A stretch of 64,000 nucleotides of DNA from Balanoglossus misakiensis (taxonomy: Eukaryota > Animalia > Hemichordata), in contig CM082577.2 in NCBI GenBank assembly GCA_040954595.2, positions 19,256,303 to 19,320,302 of the forward strand, given 5' to 3'. This document shows, piece by piece, positions 58,619-64,000 of this stretch (its first letter is position 1; every line of letters begins with the position of its first letter). The translations under genes and the position numbers were made by a program. The notes beneath the pieces are model-generated. The model was not told where the DNA came from. It made no database searches and saw only the letters and a program-made list of their open reading frames with translations.

Positions 58619-60817
58619 GTAAGTGATTTGCAAAATAAGTTTGAAATTGTGTGGAATGTAACGACTTTAATCTTACATGTAGGTGTGTTTGATGTACAGT
58701 ATAGTGTAAATTACAGTTGTGGCTGTGCGCTACCATGTTTGGAATGTTGTATTATGTCACTTTTTTCATCTTGTTGGTTGGCAGTTTGATTTAATTTTCT
58801 CTGCCTATTTGTTGGCAAAGCAGTCAAACCTTTTGCTGCAGACTTTGTAGTCCTAACAAGCGATTTTACATCACTATCATGGAGTATTTCACAAGGAACA
58901 GCAAAATTTAGCTCAGGACAAAAATAGCCGTAATGCAGAAACAAAAAATTCTAAGGGGTCCAAGTTGTGATCATTTTATATACAGTTAGGGAATACTAGT
59001 AGCATGGCGGCATAACAGTATGATTCAATCGTATTTATTGAAGTCAGGGGGAAAACCGGAAGTTTTTATGAGTTTTTTGGCTGTGTTAACTGAACACTGA
59101 AGAAGGGCATACAAATGAACAAGATGTTTCTTTTTCTCTGCTTGGATAACACAATGGACGCAATGTACAGTATGCACTTGTAACAGGAAACACTTGGTAT
59201 GCATACACCCCCTGCGCTAATATCTGGTCACTTTCATGAAAATGCGTACCTACGCTGCATAGCAAACGAATTCCTACAGGTCATGCCATTTTTCTCACTC
59301 TCTGAAGAAATCCAGACACAAGCCAAGTCATGTTTGGGTAAAATGAACAAAGGTCAGTTAGGTGACCACATACCCCAAACCCCGTGTCTCGGATATCACC
59401 GGTTCTGGAGAAGAAGATTTTTGAAATTTAAACCAGATTTCAGAAAAAAAATTGTCGCAAAAAAACTGCAACTTTGACAGCATAATATCCAATTGCAAAA
59501 ATGATGGGCATAAGGTATACTAGCTGCACACCAAATTTGAAGTCAATCTGACTTGTAGTTTTTGAGATCTGAGATTTGCATTTTTTCAGAAAATCCAATA
59601 TGGCCGCCAGGTCACGTGACTAATTAATTATTCACGAGTCACTGCACCTCTACTCATTGACCTTGACCACTGTAGCAAGTTTGAGAAGTGTACCTGTAGC
59701 CGTTTCAGAGATCTAGGAGAGCAAAGAATTGACACAAGAATAAAGAAAGAAAGAAAGAATTAAAGCTGCAAGCAGCATTGTCGGGGTCCAAGCGCTGATC
59801 TGGAATTATATATGCACATTATGAATGAGAAGAAAAATAATGCTCTATAAGGTGTTTTGTCTCATGAAATAACAAGGATGTATGTATTTTTGGTTCTGAT
59901 AAAGATTAAAGTAGGTCAAAGGTCACCTAAGGTCACCCAACATTTGGGCAAAAATGTTTGACCCCATACTGGTCCATGTCCAACAAAAACCAAACCTCTA
60001 GCTCTAATGGTTCGCCTGTAATTAGGTATGTGCATATTTAATGAGGTCAGCAGGTGTCACAGGTGACCAAAAAATGTGGCTTTACATTTTGGTCCAATCC
60101 TGCCAAATGCCAAGGCTGTATCTGCTCTGGACGCTGAGATTTGCGAAAGTAGGTCAAAGGTCACCAGAGGTCACCCAACATTTGGGCAATTTTTTTTTAC
60201 CCCATACTGGTCCTGTCCAACAAAAACCAAACCTCTAGCTCTATTGGTTCGCCTGCAATTAGCTATGCACATAATTAATGAGGTCAGCAGGGGTCAAAGG
60301 GTCACGAAAAGTAGCAAAATATTTTGATCACACACTAATCCACATGCATCAAAAACCAAACGTCTAGCCCTATAGGTTAGCCTGGAAATAGATATGCAGA
60401 AATAATAATGTGTGAAAAGTAGGTCAAAGGTCATGTGCAAAATCGCCAAAAATTTGTAACATATTGTAGTCATATGACGATTGATATCCATAAAAAGAAT
60501 TTGTATGCTATCAATTTTTAGACTAGGAAAAGGAATTTCAATTTTTCACTGCTTTTTACAAAATCCAGTATGGCCGCCATAATCTTAGACCAATCATAAT
60601 GCTCTTTGCAAACTTGATAGACATCAGTGTAGTGACCATACTCCCCGAATCTTGCGACTCAGTTATCGCCCGTTCTGAAGAGGAAGATTTTTGGAGTTTT
60701 ACTATGGTTTTTCGAAAATCCAATATGGCTGCCATAATCTTCGACCAATCACAATGATCTTCGCAAATTTGATAGACATCAGCTAGGTGACCACATACCC
60801 CAAACCCCGTGTCTCGG

Positions 60818-63761
60818 CACAGGGGGCTGCAAACATGAAAGTTGTAAATGGCGGAAAGTTGTAATAATGTTTCATCTAACCTTTGAAAGGAGTATAATAA
60901 AAATGAAATGACCACACCTAATGTGCATTTCTTGTTCACGTGTGGGGACTATATGTGTGCGTAATGATCCAAATGCAAGGGGTTGTGTGAACAGGCCTTA
61001 AATAATGAGTTTGCGTTAAATAATGAGTTTGCGTTAAATAATAAGTTGACAAACGGCGCGAGTGCATTTTTTCATGGTTTAGAAATCACTTATTTATATA
61101 TAATTCATTATATAATGTAAATCACTCATGATATATATATAATAGACTTGCACTTAAATTATTTATAAATCACTCATGATATATATATAATAGACTTGCA
61201 CTTAAATTATTTATAAATCACTCATGATATATATATAATACACTTAAATTTTATTTATTTATAAATAATTAATTAAATATAAATAATTATGTACATCACT
61301 CATGATATATATATAATAGACTGACACTGACATTGTTTATAAATAATTTATTATATATAAATAAAACAGCATAAAATACATTTTATGTATATAATTGAAT
61401 CGACTTGAAATTATTTATAAATAAATTGTCAGGACTTAAATGGTTTGCAAATCTATAATTACATACATATAAGTATGTTAAATAACGACTTTTGAACAAA
61501 TAATTTAGCTAAATAATAAGTTAACACATGGCACCCCATATAGCCCGAGGGAAAACAGACTGTTTTGGTGTGACTGGCAGTCCCGAGGTCATTAAAAATA
61601 CACTGTTGCCCGAATATGTCAGTCATCATGTGTTTTATAACACACCAAACCGATCGAACTGATGCCCTAGGCAACAGTTCGAAATGACTAAGGTCACGTG
61701 ACGTCGTATTGACGAATCACGATCGAGGGTTCGCTGCATGGTGTGTTATAATACTTGATGAACAGTCTTTGTGCTTGTTTATTTTTCTGTGTTACCTCCA
61801 CCTTATCAGTTGCTAATCCAGAATACAAGCTATCGCATTTCCCATAAAGCACCTGCTAACGACTTAACCTGTGTGCCCCATCCTTGGATTTTGTGGATAA
61901 AGTAAACATCGGTCAGTTCTCACTCGGTAAGAAGAGAAAGGGAGGAAACTCGCTCAAGGCATGTCCAGAGGTTGCCCGTAAAGCCGGAAACCACTTAATA
62001 TTCATATATTCAGGGAGCTAAACACTTGAATATGTATAAGTTTAATGCACGGAAGCCAGGTAGGAAGAATTACGAACGTGTTGCCTGGCGCGGCGTCTGT
62101 ATTTGTTCGGCAGCACATTTAGATTTTACGATATTTATAGACTTATCACATGAACTGGCCCGTATAGCCACTTGTAAGAGGTAAAACAGGTCGAATTAAA
62201 TTTTTTACTGATTCGCCCGTCCGTCGCTGTAACTTTCTTGTAAAACGAAATTACAAGTGCATGTACTGGTAGTTGTACATATATGAAATAAAAGAAATAT
62301 GGTTGACGTTCCATTAGAATATCGGTTGGTAAAATCAATACAAGAAAGGTGGATTTGAAAAGTGGACGTTACACGATCGTGAACGTGTACACCCCCTAGA
62401 CCAGTATCCGGTCGGTATCATTACCTGGTCACTTCGTGGAAAATTCGCGATATAGTGATAGTCGCGATATCCACGCGATATTCAAGAGTCACAGTATTTG
62501 ATGGGTATACTCATTAGTAATCTGTAGAAGTTTCGACGTCGTACGGGTTGAACTTGAGCAGAATCGCCCGAAAACAAGAGGTGCATACAATTGTTCATTT
62601 CCTTCATACTACGCATTTTATGGTAGCTACGCAAGAGTTGCACTTTAAAATTCGGCCTGTCGTCAATATTTTTGAGCTTTTGCACCAAAATTACTGTTCT
62701 AGTACTTGTCGAGTCATCATGAACAAATTCATGTATCAGATTTCAAAATTGGCGCAAACATTTACGCGCCTTTCCCGTAGATCGAGAGGGTTGCTTTAGA
62801 CCGTTAAGCCGGTCATGTGGACTTGTAATAGAAAAGGCGTGCACTGTGGGCTAGTAAGTCCTGACTTCCCGACCGAGGTGAGGTCGACTTCGTAGCTTTT
62901 TTCTTTGAATGAAAGTCTGTATATTCATGATTCTACTGATAAGGAGCCAAATACTTTACACGAATATGCATTCTATTTGAATCTAGCTGTGTTTGTGCAA
63001 CTGATGCAAAGTGACCGGAGAACTGGTCCAAGTGACCGCATACAGGGACGTATGAACGAACGTGAACCATATGAGTGCAAACAACCTGATTCCAACAGCT
63101 GGATAAATAGGCTTTCCAAAAATATATGTCTGCAAAACTCCTCAGGGGGGGGAGGGTTTCGGTCTCTGGCCCATGGACTAATAGACTTATGCGTGAACCT
63201 ATGCGTTTGAACCTTGACCCGACTGACAGCTCAAAGTATGTGGGTAATTTGTTTACCTCTGAAGCTCACGTGGTCTTGAAATAAACAGTCAAAGGTCAAA
63301 AGTGATTTCTGGCTTTACGGGCGACCTCTGGACATCGCCGAGTGAACGTCCAGTCACGTTTTTTGAGACAACGAAGCAATTTCCACGCGTCCAAAGCGAG
63401 CTGCTCACATTTTTAAGCATAAGAAAACTGATGATGACTGTTTAATTGGTAGGCATGGCTTGAAAAGTACGAAACTGCAGACATGCCTTGAGCGAGTTTC
63501 CTCCCTTCCTCTTGTTATACCCAGTACTCGCTGACCGATGTTTACTTTATCAACTTAACCGTGGATGGGGCACACAAATTAAGTCGTTAGCAGGTGAATA
63601 ATGGGAAATGGATAGCTTTTATTCTTGATTAGCAAATGATAGACAGGTGGAGGTAACACAGAAAAATAAACAAGCACAAAAACTGTTCATCAAGTACTGT
63701 TTATTGGGGGAAAATGCAGAAACTCCGCCATTTACAACTTTCATGTTTGCAGCACCCTGTG
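60818..63761. mobile_element. 2944-bp non-autonomous TIR element with 7-bp TSD (P-element-like, CACAG termini)
   Basis: TIR cacagggggctgcaaacatgaaagttgtaaatggcgga / tccgccatttacaactttcatgtttgcagcaccctgtg. TSD gtctcgg at 60811-60817 and 63762-63768. The empty site ccccgtgtctcggttatcacc is seen at about 42790. Confidence 0.88.
61118..61320. repeat. AT-rich ~47-bp tandem repeat
   Basis: aaatcactcatgatatatatataatagacttgcacttaaattatttat repeated 2.5-3 times plus a diverged copy. Confidence 0.85.
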
Positions 63762-64000
63762 GTCTCGGTTATCACCGGTTCTGGAGAAGAAGATTTTTGA
63801 AATTTAAGCCAGATTACAGAAAAAAAATTGTCGCAAAAAAACTGCAACTTTGTCAGCATAATTTCCAATTACAAAAATGATGGACAGAAGGTAGTCTACC
63901 AGCATGCCAAATTTGAAGTCGATCTGACTTGTAGTTTCTGAGATCTGAGATTTGCATTTTTTCAGAAAATCCAAGATGGCAGCCAGGTCACGTGACAAAT

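Larger units (their letters stand above)
59353..64000 (-). mobile_element. Self-nested HINE family B copies, interrupted by the 60818-63761 element
   Basis: 59353-59758 matches about 42764-43165. A second copy starts ttaaagctgcaagcagc at about 59760 inside (AAAG)n and resumes at 63762. Confidence 0.8.

Noticed and set aside
60818-60860. RAG/Transib RSS-like end (CACAG)
   Set aside because: The heptamer is CACAGGG, no nonamer is evident, and the TSD is 7 bp, not 5 bp.

Overview
Eukaryotic (animal) genomic DNA, very repeat-dense. The repeat inventory suggests a marine invertebrate, but the species cannot be established from sequence alone. The only intact host gene visible is SLC25A27/UCP4 (first three coding exons, + strand, 40549-58618, introns of about 8.5 and 9.3 kb; missed by the ORF track). 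There is also a decayed two-exon SMG1 kinase fragment. The rest is nested mobile DNA: three Ty3/Gypsy LTR elements, LINE fragments, Helentron-type non-autonomous elements (HINEs), Academ-, MULE-, Harbinger-, Kolobok-, P- and Tc1/mariner-type DNA elements, a 4.8-kb foldback element and several hairpin-ended elements. The standout is the first Gypsy element (1823-ca. 9325). Its integrase ends in a PHD finger. An intact third ORF of about 810 codons sits in the env position behind a strong splice acceptor and encodes a zinc finger plus a TatD-family (TATDN2-like) nuclease with the usual catalytic motifs retained. Superfamily names for non-coding elements are inferred from terminal motifs and TSD length only; no database search was possible.
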